A stretch of DNA of 64,000 bases, taken from assembly GCA_964456235.1 (NCBI GenBank), contig CAYWDX010000001.1:35074-99073 (forward strand). Direction: 5' to 3'. Of this stretch, positions 31,241-40,415 are shown piece after piece. Numbering within the stretch: the first letter of the stretch is position 1; every line of letters begins with the position of its first letter. Source of the DNA: an uncultured Candidatus Saccharibacteria bacterium. Its GTDB lineage: Bacteria > Patescibacteriota > Minisyncoccia > UBA6257 > 2-01-FULL-56-20. Under the pieces are notes generated by a model. It had not been told where the DNA came from. It saw only the letters and a list, made by a program, of their open reading frames with translations, and searched no databases. A program made the translations under genes and the position numbers.

Positions 31241-31759
31241 CTATGCGCGCGATGGCTTGCTGCCCTTCTCCATCTCTTTTATAGCTCGGCCGATGAGCGC
31301 GTCGTCGATCTGCTCCGGGGAAAGCTCGACGGTTTTCGCGATCGCCCTGCGGACCAGCGCAACCGCGTCTTTCTCTGCGGCCCGTTGAGACGCTTCTTCC
31401 TGCGCCCGGAGGCGCGCCGCCGCATTTGCCAGTTCATCCGCCTCTTTTCGTTTCGCTTCGGCAAGCAGCTTCTCTTCCAGCACCCGCGATTCGTCTTCGG
31501 TCTGCTTCAAAAGTGCGATCGCTTGCGCTTCTGCTTCTTTTATTTTTTCGTGGCCAACTTTGGTAGATTCGGCAAGGCGCCGGTCGGCTTCTTCAGCTTT
31601 GGTCAGCCCTTCTTCGATCCGGGCGCGCCGTTCGTGAAGAAGCTGTACGAGCGGGCGGTACGCCACGAGCCGCAGCACGATCAGTACAATAAAAAAATTG
31701 ACGGCCTGGCTCAAGAGCAGGCGCCAGTCAATCCCCAATTGGCTAAACAGTTGCTGCAT
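31241..31759 (-). CDS. atpF: ATP synthase Fo subunit b
   Basis: Single N-terminal TM followed by a long charged coiled coil. Start taken at MQQLF to avoid overlapping atpE. Confidence 0.75.
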   Translation of the reverse strand: MQQLFSQLGIDWRLLLSQAVNFFIVLIVLRLVAYRPLVQLLHERRARIEEGLTKAEEADRRLAESTKVGHEKIKEAEAQAIALLKQTEDESRVLEEKLLAEAKRKEADELANAAARLRAQEEASQRAAEKDAVALVRRAIAKTVELSPEQIDDALIGRAIKEMEKGSKPSRA

Positions 31760-31826
31760 AGTATTGTTATGGCTCCTCGATGCGGCGAAACGCGAGACAC
31801 GCACGACGCCACCGCGGCGCGGACGA

Positions 31827-32057
31827 CTAGGAAACGAATTTAATGATGAGCGCGATGACAAGTGCGTAAATCGCGACGGCTTCCGCAAAGGCGATCGCAA
31901 GAATTGCCATGGTTTGGATTCTCGACGACGCTTCCGGATTCCGACCGATCGCTTCGACCGCTTTTGCGCCGATCCAACCGATCGAAAACGCTGGCATGAT
32001 CGCGCCCGCGGCGATCGCGCCGAACGTGGTGATTAATCGAATGCTATTAACGTCCAT
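31827..32057 (-). CDS. atpE: ATP synthase Fo subunit c
   Basis: Two-TM hairpin with the conserved carboxylate (AFAEAVAIYALV). Confidence 0.85.
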   Translation of the reverse strand: MDVNSIRLITTFGAIAAGAIMPAFSIGWIGAKAVEAIGRNPEASSRIQTMAILAIAFAEAVAIYALVIALIIKFVS

Positions 32058-32096
32058 AAATTTCTTAATGAATATTTAATCTCCTCGACCTTTCAC

Positions 32097-32855
32097 TCAC
32101 GCCCGATGGCCGTGCTCTTCCGGTTCCCCTTCCCCATGGGACACTGCCATCGCCACGAAGACGAGGGTAAGCATCCCGAAAATAAACGCCTGGATGAATC
32201 CGACGAATATTTCGAGGAACATGAATGGGAGCGGGACGAGATACGGAACCAAAAACGCCATGATGGCGAGGAGCACCTCTCCCGCGAACACATTGCCAAA
32301 GAGACGGAATGAGAACGAGACAATTTTAGCAAATTCTGAGACTAATTCAAGGATGCCGACGAAAAAGTCGATCGGGCCCTTGAAGTTGAAGAAGACCGAT
32401 GCGCGGCCCTTGAGGCCGAGCGCGGCGCTCCCGAAAATATTCACGAAGGTGACGGCGATGAGCGCAAGCGCGAGCGTGAAGTTGAGATCGCTTGCCGGCG
32501 ACCGCAGGAGCGGCACCGATCCCTCGCCCTGGTGGACGATGATTGAACTCACGCCCGGGAGCAGCCCGAGCCAATTCGAAACGAGCACGAAGAGAAAGAC
32601 GGTGAGGACGAGCGGCAAATATTTTTCCGATTTGCGGCGGTCGCCGAGCACCGAATCCATGAGCCCGAGCGCTCCCTCAATAATAATTTCGAAAAGGTTT
32701 TGCGGGCCGCCCGGCACCAGGGAAAGTTTCCGGCGCAAGAGAAGGCCGAGCACGACGAGGAGGAGCAGCGCGAACGTCGACAAGAGGACGGCGTTCGTCA
32801 CCGGGAAACTGCCGATATGAAAAATCACTTCTGCCCGTAAGGAGATTGCCGACAT
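32097..32855 (-). CDS. atpB: ATP synthase Fo subunit a
   Basis: Five-TM profile with a conserved Arg in the penultimate helix; operon position. Confidence 0.85.
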   Translation of the reverse strand: MSAISLRAEVIFHIGSFPVTNAVLLSTFALLLLVVLGLLLRRKLSLVPGGPQNLFEIIIEGALGLMDSVLGDRRKSEKYLPLVLTVFLFVLVSNWLGLLPGVSSIIVHQGEGSVPLLRSPASDLNFTLALALIAVTFVNIFGSAALGLKGRASVFFNFKGPIDFFVGILELVSEFAKIVSFSFRLFGNVFAGEVLLAIMAFLVPYLVPLPFMFLEIFVGFIQAFIFGMLTLVFVAMAVSHGEGEPEEHGHRA

Positions 32856-32879
32856 CCCGAAAATGATAGCGTTTCGGGC

Positions 32880-33791
32880 CTAGTTCCGCAAATAGCGGCG
32901 GACGGCGACGAGGCTCGAGATAATGCCGATCACGACGCCGAAAAGCAGCACATAGAGGAAGAGCAGAAAGACATGCGTGTAGAAATAGTGGAATATGCCG
33001 AGGCCCGGGATGAAAACATCGAGATAGGGTGATGCGAAATAGAGCGCCGGCGCGACCAGGATCACGCTGATCAGGGCCGCGATCGTCGAGCACAGGATTC
33101 CCTCGACGACGTAGGGGCCGCGCACGAATGAATTTGAGGCGCCGACGACGCGCATCACGCCGATTTCTTCGCGGTTCGAATAGATGGCGAGGCGAATCGT
33201 ATTGAAAACGACGAGGCCGGCGATGATCGCGAGGATCAAGGTGACGACGAGGCCGCCGGTCGTCACGACGTTAATAATTTTTGCAAGCCGGTCAATCACG
33301 CTTTGGTTATTGTAGTAGCTCGGCGGTCCGTCGAGGTACTGCGCGATATTTGAAGCGTTAAGGTACTGCGCGATGTCGGCATACTGGCTTGGATTTTTCG
33401 CTTTTATGTTGAGCGACGCCTCGAGCGGGTTCGTGCTCAATTCATTAATCGCTTGGCTGATCGTGGGATCGCTCGCGTGGTTCTGCTTGAATATGGCGAG
33501 CGCCTCATCGCGGGAAACATATTCTACACTCTGCACCTGCGGCAACGATTCGAGCGATTGCTTGATGTTCAAAATTTGGTCTTCCGAAGTGTTCGTGGTG
33601 AAGTAGGCGCTGATGTCGATCTTGTCTTGGATGGAAGATGCGGCGCGGTTGGTGACGACACCGAAAAGAATCAGTGAAACGAACACGAGGAGCGCGATCG
33701 TCATGATGGCGACGGTCGCGGTCGAAAGCCAGCCGTTGCGCCGGAAATTTTTTACCCCGAAATTGATGATACGCGAAATGACGGTGACCAT
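32880..33791 (-). CDS. ftsX: Cell division permease FtsX
   Basis: N-terminal TM, periplasmic domain and three C-terminal TM helices. Lies downstream of ftsE. Confidence 0.8.
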   Translation of the reverse strand: MVTVISRIINFGVKNFRRNGWLSTATVAIMTIALLVFVSLILFGVVTNRAASSIQDKIDISAYFTTNTSEDQILNIKQSLESLPQVQSVEYVSRDEALAIFKQNHASDPTISQAINELSTNPLEASLNIKAKNPSQYADIAQYLNASNIAQYLDGPPSYYNNQSVIDRLAKIINVVTTGGLVVTLILAIIAGLVVFNTIRLAIYSNREEIGVMRVVGASNSFVRGPYVVEGILCSTIAALISVILVAPALYFASPYLDVFIPGLGIFHYFYTHVFLLFLYVLLFGVVIGIISSLVAVRRYLRN

Positions 33792-33801
33792 GGTGTGATG
33801 A

Positions 33802-34485
33802 TTATACTAAAATGTATTTTCCCTTTTTCTCGTCGCGGATGATCCGGCCGCGGTCAAGCGTGATCACGCGCCGCTCCAGATTATTAATGACTTCTTTATC
33901 GTGGGTTGCGAGCACGACCGTCGTGCCGAGCTGATTGATCTTCTCTAATAATTTTACAATTTCGTAGGTGTGGAAGGGGTCGAGGTTGCCGGTCGGCTCA
34001 TCGGCGATCACGACTTCGGGCCGATGGATCATCGCGCGCGCGATCGCCACCCGCTGACGCTCGCCGCCTGAAAGCTCCGACGGGAAATTCTTCATCTTGT
34101 CGCCTAACCCTACCATATCGAGCACCTGGGGCACGAGTTCCATAATTTCACGCTCGGGCCGACCGGCAACCTCAAGCGCGAACGCCACGTTTTCATATGC
34201 ATTTTTTGTGGGCAGCAGCCGGAAGTCCTGGAAGACCACGCCGATGTGCCGGCGAAACGCCGGCAGTTCTGCATCCTCCAGCTTATTCACTTCGTACTGG
34301 CCGAAAAAAACCCGACCCTTGGTCGGTTTTTCCTCGCCGATGAGCAGCTTAATAATAGTAGACTTGCCGGCGCCGGAACGGCCAGCGAATGAAACAAATT
34401 CTCCCGGATCAATGTTAAACGAAACGTCCTCGAGGGCCGTTCCGTGATGATTGTAGTGTTTTGAAACTCCCTGGAAGACGATCAT
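33802..34485 (-). CDS. ftsE: Cell division ATP-binding protein FtsE
   Basis: Walker A GRSGAGKST and the LSGGERQRVAIARA signature. Confidence 0.9.
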   Translation of the reverse strand: MIVFQGVSKHYNHHGTALEDVSFNIDPGEFVSFAGRSGAGKSTIIKLLIGEEKPTKGRVFFGQYEVNKLEDAELPAFRRHIGVVFQDFRLLPTKNAYENVAFALEVAGRPEREIMELVPQVLDMVGLGDKMKNFPSELSGGERQRVAIARAMIHRPEVVIADEPTGNLDPFHTYEIVKLLEKINQLGTTVVLATHDKEVINNLERRVITLDRGRIIRDEKKGKYILV

Positions 34486-34520
34486 GAAGGGGTTCGTTTA
34501 TTTTACCTTATTTTATGATT

Positions 34521-35565
34521 TTACGGCAGCGCCTCAAGCTCGGCCTCGATAAAAAGATCGAGATCGCCGGCGAGGACGTTTTGGACTTTCGCAGTTTCAG
34601 CATCCGTGCGATGGTCTTTCACGAGCTGATACGGGTTGAGCACGTAGGAGCGCAGCTGGTTCCCCCATTCCGGTTTTATTTTCGTGCGTACATTGCCGAT
34701 CTCTGCAATTTTTTCTTTCTCCATGAGGTTGTACAATTTCGCCTTGAGCATTTTGAGCGCGTATTCACGATTCTGTGCTTGCGAGCGCTGCGCCTGCGAG
34801 CTCACGGCGATGCCGCTTGGGATGTGCACGACGCGCACGGCCGTCTCCACTTTATTTACGTTTTGGCCGCCGGGGCCGCCGGATCGATAGAACTCGAATT
34901 TGAGGTCGCGTTCAGGAATTTCGAGTTTCGATTCTTCAAGAGCGGGGAGGTCAGGAATCACTTCGACGAGCGCGAACGAAGTGTGGCGCAATTGTTTTGG
35001 GGAAAACGGGGAGATGCGGACCAGGCGGTGCACGCCGGATTCGCGCCGAAGGTAACCGTAGGCGTGATCGCCGCTTAACTCGACCGTGCGCGAGCGCGGA
35101 TTGTCGTCAATCACTTTTATTTTCCATCCCCGATTGCGGGCATAGTTTTCGTACATGAGCGCGAGCATCCGCCCCCAGTCTTCGGCGTCTTCCCCTCCGG
35201 CGCCCGGATACACCGCAAGCACCGCGGCCTGTTTATCATAACGGCCGGTAAAAAGCTGTTGGAGCTCGATTTCTTTTAATTTTTTCTTGATTTCGGCAAG
35301 TTTTTTTTCATTAAAATTTTCTAAAAGTTCTGCGGCGCCGGTTTCGATCGCTTTGAAGCGCGCCACAAGATCGTTCAATATCCCGAGCTCGCGAATTTTT
35401 CCATCAATCTTTTCGCGATCTTTCGACTCCCAAAAACCAGGGGCGGCCATCTCGGCCTCCAATTCTTTCACCCGAGCCTCCTTCGTCGCTACCTCAAAGA
35501 CGCCCGCCTAATCGGCGGGCAGCCGCTCCCAATTCTTCTAATTCTTTTTTAATATCTTCTTTCAT
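34521..35565 (-). CDS. prfB: Peptide chain release factor 2, requiring a programmed +1 frameshift at CUU UGA (35499-35494)
   Basis: Main ORF contains SPF and GGQ motifs. An upstream in-frame ATG at 35565 gives MKEDIKKELEELGAAARRLGGRL then TGA. The GGCGGG-CGU-CUU-UGA-G context mirrors the E. coli prfB shift site, and the +1 frame continues into the main ORF. Confidence 0.85.
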
Positions 35566-35906
35566 TATTCAAGGGCGGCGAGCCGCTCTTCATAACCCGT
35601 GATTGCAAACCCCTGTCCGTTCGCCCGCAGTTTTGCTGCCACCGCATCCAGCTGAGCCCTGAGCGCGGCTTTAGTATTTTTGAGAGTCTCTTGTTGCTGC
35701 CTTGCCAGCACTTCGATCTCCGGGCGTGATCCGGCCAGGATCTCTTGAACTCCGGCGTCCGAAGTCGCAAACAATTCCTCGAAAATTTTCACTTCCCCAG
35801 AAATCTGCGCGACTTGATGCATCAATTCTGCAAATTGACCCAGCATTTCTGACAGTTCCTTGGTCCTGTCAACAACATTTTCTCGCGGCGCCGCTTCAAA
35901 TCCCAT
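35565..35906 (-). CDS. Hypothetical coiled-coil protein (113 aa) upstream of prfB
   Basis: ORF taken from MGFEAAP downstream of tRNA-Thr. The longer annotated ORF overlaps the tRNA. Its stop overlaps the prfB ATG (TAATG). Confidence 0.45.
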   Translation of the reverse strand: MGFEAAPRENVVDRTKELSEMLGQFAELMHQVAQISGEVKIFEELFATSDAGVQEILAGSRPEIEVLARQQQETLKNTKAALRAQLDAVAAKLRANGQGFAITGYEERLAALE

Positions 35907-35945
35907 TGGAAAAATGTTAGCGCCTCTTCTCAATGAATGCAATTG

Positions 35946-36017
35946 AGCCGGAGAGAGGAATCGAACCTCCAACCTCTGCTTTACGAAAGCATTGCTCTGC
36001 CGTTGAGCTACTCCGGC
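35946..36017 (-). tRNA. tRNA-Thr (anticodon CGT)
   Basis: Manual cloverleaf: acceptor GCCGGAG/CTCCGGC, D-arm AGCTCAACGGCAGAGC, anticodon loop TTCGTAA, T-arm GGAGGTTCGATTCCTCT. Confidence 0.8.
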
Positions 36018-36130
36018 AATCCAGTCGCGACGCAGACAATATAGCAAAAACCTGCTCATTTGTGAAGAAAAACTGGACAAATCTCTATTTTTATGATAAT
36101 TTAATTTTCAGCACTAGGAAAGGAGGCACC

Positions 36131-36667
36131 ATGAGGTTACTGCCTATGGTGCTGCTCTGGACCTCGGTTGTAGCGCTGGGCTTCGTGGGCCCGGCGGCTA
36201 TCGCACAAACCCTGAACAACGAGCTGGAGATCGTGCAGCCGAAGAAGGATGAGGGTAAAACCCATGCTATCTTCGCCGCTTCACGTTTTTACCTGCTCGG
36301 AGGTTCGGCGCTCGATGGTGTGAGCACGAGCCTTGTGATGGGCCATCCGAAGATGGCATACCGTGCGGACGGAAGTCCGCTGGCGAGCTATCAGGGTATA
36401 GAGACGGGGTGGGCGAGATCCTTCGGCAGCAAGAACACGTTCGCAGCGGTAGGTGCAAATGTGGCGCTTGATGCCGGCGTGGGTTTTGCCGCTTCGAAGC
36501 TATACCAAAAAGGAGGGCGGTGGCGGTACCTGGCGATTGGCCTAAACGTGCTCAAGGGCACGGACGGGCTCATTGCGGGGATCCGAAACTTCCGATTCGC
36601 GAGCAGCGTCGATAGACGTGTACGCCTCGTTACGGGTTATGCGGGGCCCGTAACATGGTCCCACTAA
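36131..36667 (+). CDS. Hypothetical secreted protein (signal peptide)
   Basis: AGGAGG RBS 6 nt upstream of the ATG at 36131 and signal peptide MRLLPMVLLWTSVVALGFVGPAAIAQ. Codon usage is atypical. The longer ORF from 35933 overlaps tRNA-Thr and is rejected. Confidence 0.6.
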   Translation: MRLLPMVLLWTSVVALGFVGPAAIAQTLNNELEIVQPKKDEGKTHAIFAASRFYLLGGSALDGVSTSLVMGHPKMAYRADGSPLASYQGIETGWARSFGSKNTFAAVGANVALDAGVGFAASKLYQKGGRWRYLAIGLNVLKGTDGLIAGIRNFRFASSVDRRVRLVTGYAGPVTWSH

Positions 36668-36740
36668 ACCCGTTGAAGCCTGGCGGTCCCCACAAGGGCC
36701 GCCAGTTTTCTTATATTATAAAGGCGCCTTCGTGGGATAC

Positions 36741-36770
36741 TTGACAAGGAATGACGGGCTGGAATATAAT
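36741..36770 (+). promoter_or_regulatory. Consensus sigma70 promoter TTGACA-N18-TATAAT
   Basis: Perfect -35 and -10 hexamers at 36741-36746 and 36765-36770. Confidence 0.65.
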
Positions 36771-36777
36771 GCAATCA

Positions 36778-36920
36778 GTTCCCTATCTCGCATCCCTTTC
36801 TTCTCTCAAGTCCGGAGACCCGAGAGCTTCGCCTCTGTAGTTGGTTTCCTAGTGCATCTGCTCTCCCGTCTCCTAAGGCCAGTGACCCACGAAGTCCCTG
36901 GCCTTTATCTTTTTTAGGAG
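36778..36920 (+). ncRNA. Candidate small RNA or structured 5' leader of dnaE (promoter-to-terminator unit of about 140 nt)
   Basis: Predicted TSS near 36778. Ends at hairpin aaggccag...ctggcctt (36885-36905) followed by TATCTTTTTT. No credible ORF and no match to RNA families I know. Confidence 0.4.
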
Positions 36921-36983
36921 TCTTTGTATGATTGAACCGTTACCGTTCTGCATCCTCGCTTGCGGGGGCAACACGCGAACACT

Positions 36984-39900
36984 ATGCCTAAATTCACCCA
37001 TCTTCATACGCATTCGCACTATTCCCTTTTGGACGGCCTCACGAAAATTGATGAACTCGTGAAGCGGACGAAAGAGCTCGGCATGGATGCGATCGCACTC
37101 ACTGATCACGGCGTCCTCTATGGCGCTGTTGAATTTTATAAGGCGGCGAAAAAAGCCGGCGTGAAACCGATCCTGGGTGTCGAGACCTACGTTGCGCCGC
37201 GCGATCGCTTCTCAAAAGAGGCTAGCGAAAAATATTATCACCTGATCCTTCTCGCCGAGAATCAAATCGGCTGGAAGAATTTAATCAAACTTGTCTCCGC
37301 CGCCCACCTCGAAGGGTTCTATTACCGTCCGCGCGTCGATAAGGACATCCTCGCCAAATACCACGAGGGGCTGATCGCGCTTTCAAGCTGCCTCGGCGGG
37401 GAAATCGGACAATGCCTGCTTGCCGGAAAGTATGAGGAGGCAAAGAAAACGGCGCTCCACTACCGCGACATTTTTGGCGAGAAGAATTATTTTTTGGAAA
37501 TCCAGAAGCATCCGCATGTTGCGGATTCTGAACATATTGAGCCCTTGCTCATAAAATTGTCGCAAGAAACGGGGATTCCGCTCGTCGCCACGCAAGACAG
37601 CCACTATCCCCGATCCGAAGACGCGAATTACCACGATGTTTTGCTGGCGGTTCAAACTGGCAACAAGCTTTCTGACGACGACCGAATGACCATGAAAGAA
37701 GATGATTTCTCGCTCTTGTCACCCGAGGCGATGGCAGAGAAATTTGCTTCGGTCAAAGGCGCTGAAGACGCGGTCGCGCGGACCGGCGAGATTGCCGACC
37801 GGTGCAATGTGGAGATCGAGCTCGGCGGCGTGCTGCTTCCTGACTTCCCCAAGCCCGACGGGAAAACTGCAAACGGTTATTTGCGCGAATTAATAGAGGA
37901 ACGTCTGCCTAAAAAATTTCCGCGCGAAATCCAGACGACGGAAATGCATGAGCGCTTGGAGTACGAGTTGGGCGTGATTGAAAAAACAGGTTTTGCCGAT
38001 TACTTTTTGATCGTCCAAGACTTGATCAACTGGGCAAAGACGCACGGCATCGCCGTGGGGCCAGGCCGCGGTTCGGCCGCGGGCAGCTTGGTTTCCTATG
38101 TGCTCGACATCACCGACTTGAATCCCCTCGCGTATGGATTGCTCTTTGAGCGGTTTTTGAATCCCGAGCGCATCCAGATGCCCGACATCGACATCGACTT
38201 TGCGGATGTGCGCCGCGATGAGGTGCTCGCCTACGCGCGCGAAAAATATGGTGGCGACCGCGTGGCGCGCATCATCACCTTTGGAACGATGGCCGCGCGC
38301 GCGGCAGTTCGTGACGCCGGGCGCTCGATGGGCTACTCGTATGCCTTTTGCGACCAAATTGCAAAACTGATCCCCTTCAATCCGACGCAGGGCATGAAGG
38401 AAGGATGGCTCGACGAATGCCTCCAGAAAGTGCAGGAACTGCGCATCATCTACGACACGAACCCAGAGGCAAAAAAACTGATTGATACTGCGCGTAGGTT
38501 AGAGGGCGTCGCGCGACACGCCTCCGTGCACGCGTGCGGCACGGTGATTTCAAAAGAACCGCTCGTGACCCGCGTGCCGCTCCAGTTCGCGCCGCAGGAA
38601 AAAGACGTGATCATCACGCAATTTGAAATGCACGCCGTGGAAGACCTCGGCCTCCTTAAAATCGACCTGCTCGGCTTAAAAAACCTCACCATCATCGAGA
38701 ACACGCTCCGCCTCGTGCGTGAGCTGCACGGGGAGACGATCAACATTTCAAAAATTCCCCTGGACGACAAAAAAACTTTTGCGCTCCTCCAGAAAGCCGA
38801 CACGACCGGCGTCTTCCAGTTTGAAAGCGCGGGGATGCGCCGCTACATGAAAGACATCAAACCGACGGAACTTGAAGACCTGATCGCGCTCGTCGCCTTG
38901 TTCCGTCCCGGCCCGATGGAACTTATCCCGTCTTTTATCAAACGCAAACACGGCGAAGAAAAAATCACCTACCTCCACCCGAAGCTTGAGCCGATCCTCA
39001 AGAACACCTACGGCATCGGCGTGTACCAGGAACAGATGATGCAAATTGCGCGCGACATTGCGGGCTACACGCTTCCTGAAGCCGACACGCTGCGCAAAGC
39101 GATCGGCAAAAAAATCAAATCGCTCCTCGACGAGCAGGGCGAAAAATTGACGAAAGGGATGATTGCGAACGGGATCCCGCCGCGAACCGCGAAGGCCATT
39201 TGGGAGCTCTTCCCCCCGTTCGCGCGTTATGGTTTCAACAAGTCGCATGCCGCTTGCTACGCCCTGATCGGCTACGAGACGGCCTACCTGAAAGCGCATT
39301 ACCCCGAAGAATTCATGGCGGCACTTTTGAACGCAGAGGTGCGCGACATCGACCGTATTTCCTTCCTCATCCAGGAGGCGAAACAGGGAGGCATCATCGT
39401 CCTGCCGCCCGATATCAACGCGAGCTTTGTCGACTTCGCGCCGGAGGGCGACAAAATTCGATTTGGTTTGGAAGCGGTAAAAAATGTTGGCGGCGAGATC
39501 ACGCGCGCGATCATCGAGGAACGCACCCGCCGCGGGCCGTTCAAAAATTTTGAAGACGTGCTCACGCGGATTCAGCACAAGGATCTCAATAAAAAATCGC
39601 TTGAAAGCCTCGTGAAGGCGGGCGCTTTTGATTCGCTCGGCATCGAGCGGAACCAGGCGCTCCGCAATATGGATGATATTTTGCGTTTCGCAAACGCGGC
39701 GCGCAAAGGCGGAAACGGCGCGGCGAACGCGGGCGCGTCACTGTTTGGCGGTGACGTGATGAAGGCACCGACGCTCAAATTGAAAACCGCGCCCCCGGCT
39801 TCGAATGCCGAGCGTCTTGGCTGGGAAAAAGAGTTGATCGGATTCTATCTTTCAGAACATCCGCTTGCTGCATATACTGAAAAATTAAAAGCGGTCGGCG

Positions 39901-40193
39901 TGAAACCGATTACCGAGCTCCTGGCAGTGACGAATGAACGGGCACCGGTCCGCGCTGCGGGCGTCATAACCAAGATTAAAAAAATATTTACCAAAACTGG
40001 ACAGCCTATGATTTTCGCAACGATCGAAGATGCATCGCAGAAATCGATGGAGGTCGTGGTCTTTAATAGCGTCTATGAAAAGACGAATGGCCTGTGGGCC
40101 GAGAATGTGCCCATCATCGTACAAGGCAAGATTTCAACGCGGGACGGCGAAACCAAAATGGTCTGCGATGCGGCGAAGAAAATCGGGGCTTAG
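36984..40193 (+). CDS. dnaE: DNA polymerase III alpha subunit
   Basis: PHP domain HLHTHSHYSLLDG at the N-terminus with polymerase core, HhH and OB domains. ATG at 36984 is preferred over the upstream TTG. Confidence 0.9.
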   Translation: MPKFTHLHTHSHYSLLDGLTKIDELVKRTKELGMDAIALTDHGVLYGAVEFYKAAKKAGVKPILGVETYVAPRDRFSKEASEKYYHLILLAENQIGWKNLIKLVSAAHLEGFYYRPRVDKDILAKYHEGLIALSSCLGGEIGQCLLAGKYEEAKKTALHYRDIFGEKNYFLEIQKHPHVADSEHIEPLLIKLSQETGIPLVATQDSHYPRSEDANYHDVLLAVQTGNKLSDDDRMTMKEDDFSLLSPEAMAEKFASVKGAEDAVARTGEIADRCNVEIELGGVLLPDFPKPDGKTANGYLRELIEERLPKKFPREIQTTEMHERLEYELGVIEKTGFADYFLIVQDLINWAKTHGIAVGPGRGSAAGSLVSYVLDITDLNPLAYGLLFERFLNPERIQMPDIDIDFADVRRDEVLAYAREKYGGDRVARIITFGTMAARAAVRDAGRSMGYSYAFCDQIAKLIPFNPTQGMKEGWLDECLQKVQELRIIYDTNPEAKKLIDTARRLEGVARHASVHACGTVISKEPLVTRVPLQFAPQEKDVIITQFEMHAVEDLGLLKIDLLGLKNLTIIENTLRLVRELHGETINISKIPLDDKKTFALLQKADTTGVFQFESAGMRRYMKDIKPTELEDLIALVALFRPGPMELIPSFIKRKHGEEKITYLHPKLEPILKNTYGIGVYQEQMMQIARDIAGYTLPEADTLRKAIGKKIKSLLDEQGEKLTKGMIANGIPPRTAKAIWELFPPFARYGFNKSHAACYALIGYETAYLKAHYPEEFMAALLNAEVRDIDRISFLIQEAKQGGIIVLPPDINASFVDFAPEGDKIRFGLEAVKNVGGEITRAIIEERTRRGPFKNFEDVLTRIQHKDLNKKSLESLVKAGAFDSLGIERNQALRNMDDILRFANAARKGGNGAANAGASLFGGDVMKAPTLKLKTAPPASNAERLGWEKELIGFYLSEHPLAAYTEKLKAVGVKPITELLAVTNERAPVRAAGVITKIKKIFTKTGQPMIFATIEDASQKSMEVVVFNSVYEKTNGLWAENVPIIVQGKISTRDGETKMVCDAAKKIGA

Positions 40194-40357
40194 CCGGGCG
40201 CATTGACAAAAATCTAAAATGGGGTATCTTGGGGAATAGCACGGGCTTTCTTTGGAGGAGGGCTCGTCAGTTGGAGGTGTATCGCCCCGTCGGATCAAAG
40301 AGTTCGCTCCTTAGAGATGGACTTTGCGATCAATGGTGCTGTCCACCGCTGACTTGT

Positions 40358-40410
40358 AAGGTGCAGAACGGCGTCTCGCGTTTGGGGAAATGCCGAGGCG
40401 CCGTTTTTAT
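40358..40410 (+). terminator. Intrinsic terminator after dnaE
   Basis: ggcgtctcg...cgaggcgcc stem followed by GTTTTTATTTTTATT. Confidence 0.65.
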
Positions 40411-40415
40411 TTTTA

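Noticed and set aside
35933-36130. N-terminal extensions of the 244-aa plus ORF and the 171-aa minus ORF
   Set aside because: Both run across tRNA-Thr. The real starts are internal ATGs with RBS at 36131 and 35906.
36938-37072. 44-aa ORF with an AGGAG RBS overlapping the dnaE start
   Set aside because: It is out of frame with dnaE and not conserved-looking. The RBS more likely serves dnaE or is coincidental.
40230-40330. tRNA-like or tmRNA-like motifs in the dnaE 3' region
   Set aside because: A cloverleaf cannot be completed (D-stem and acceptor do not pair), and there is no tmRNA tag reading frame.
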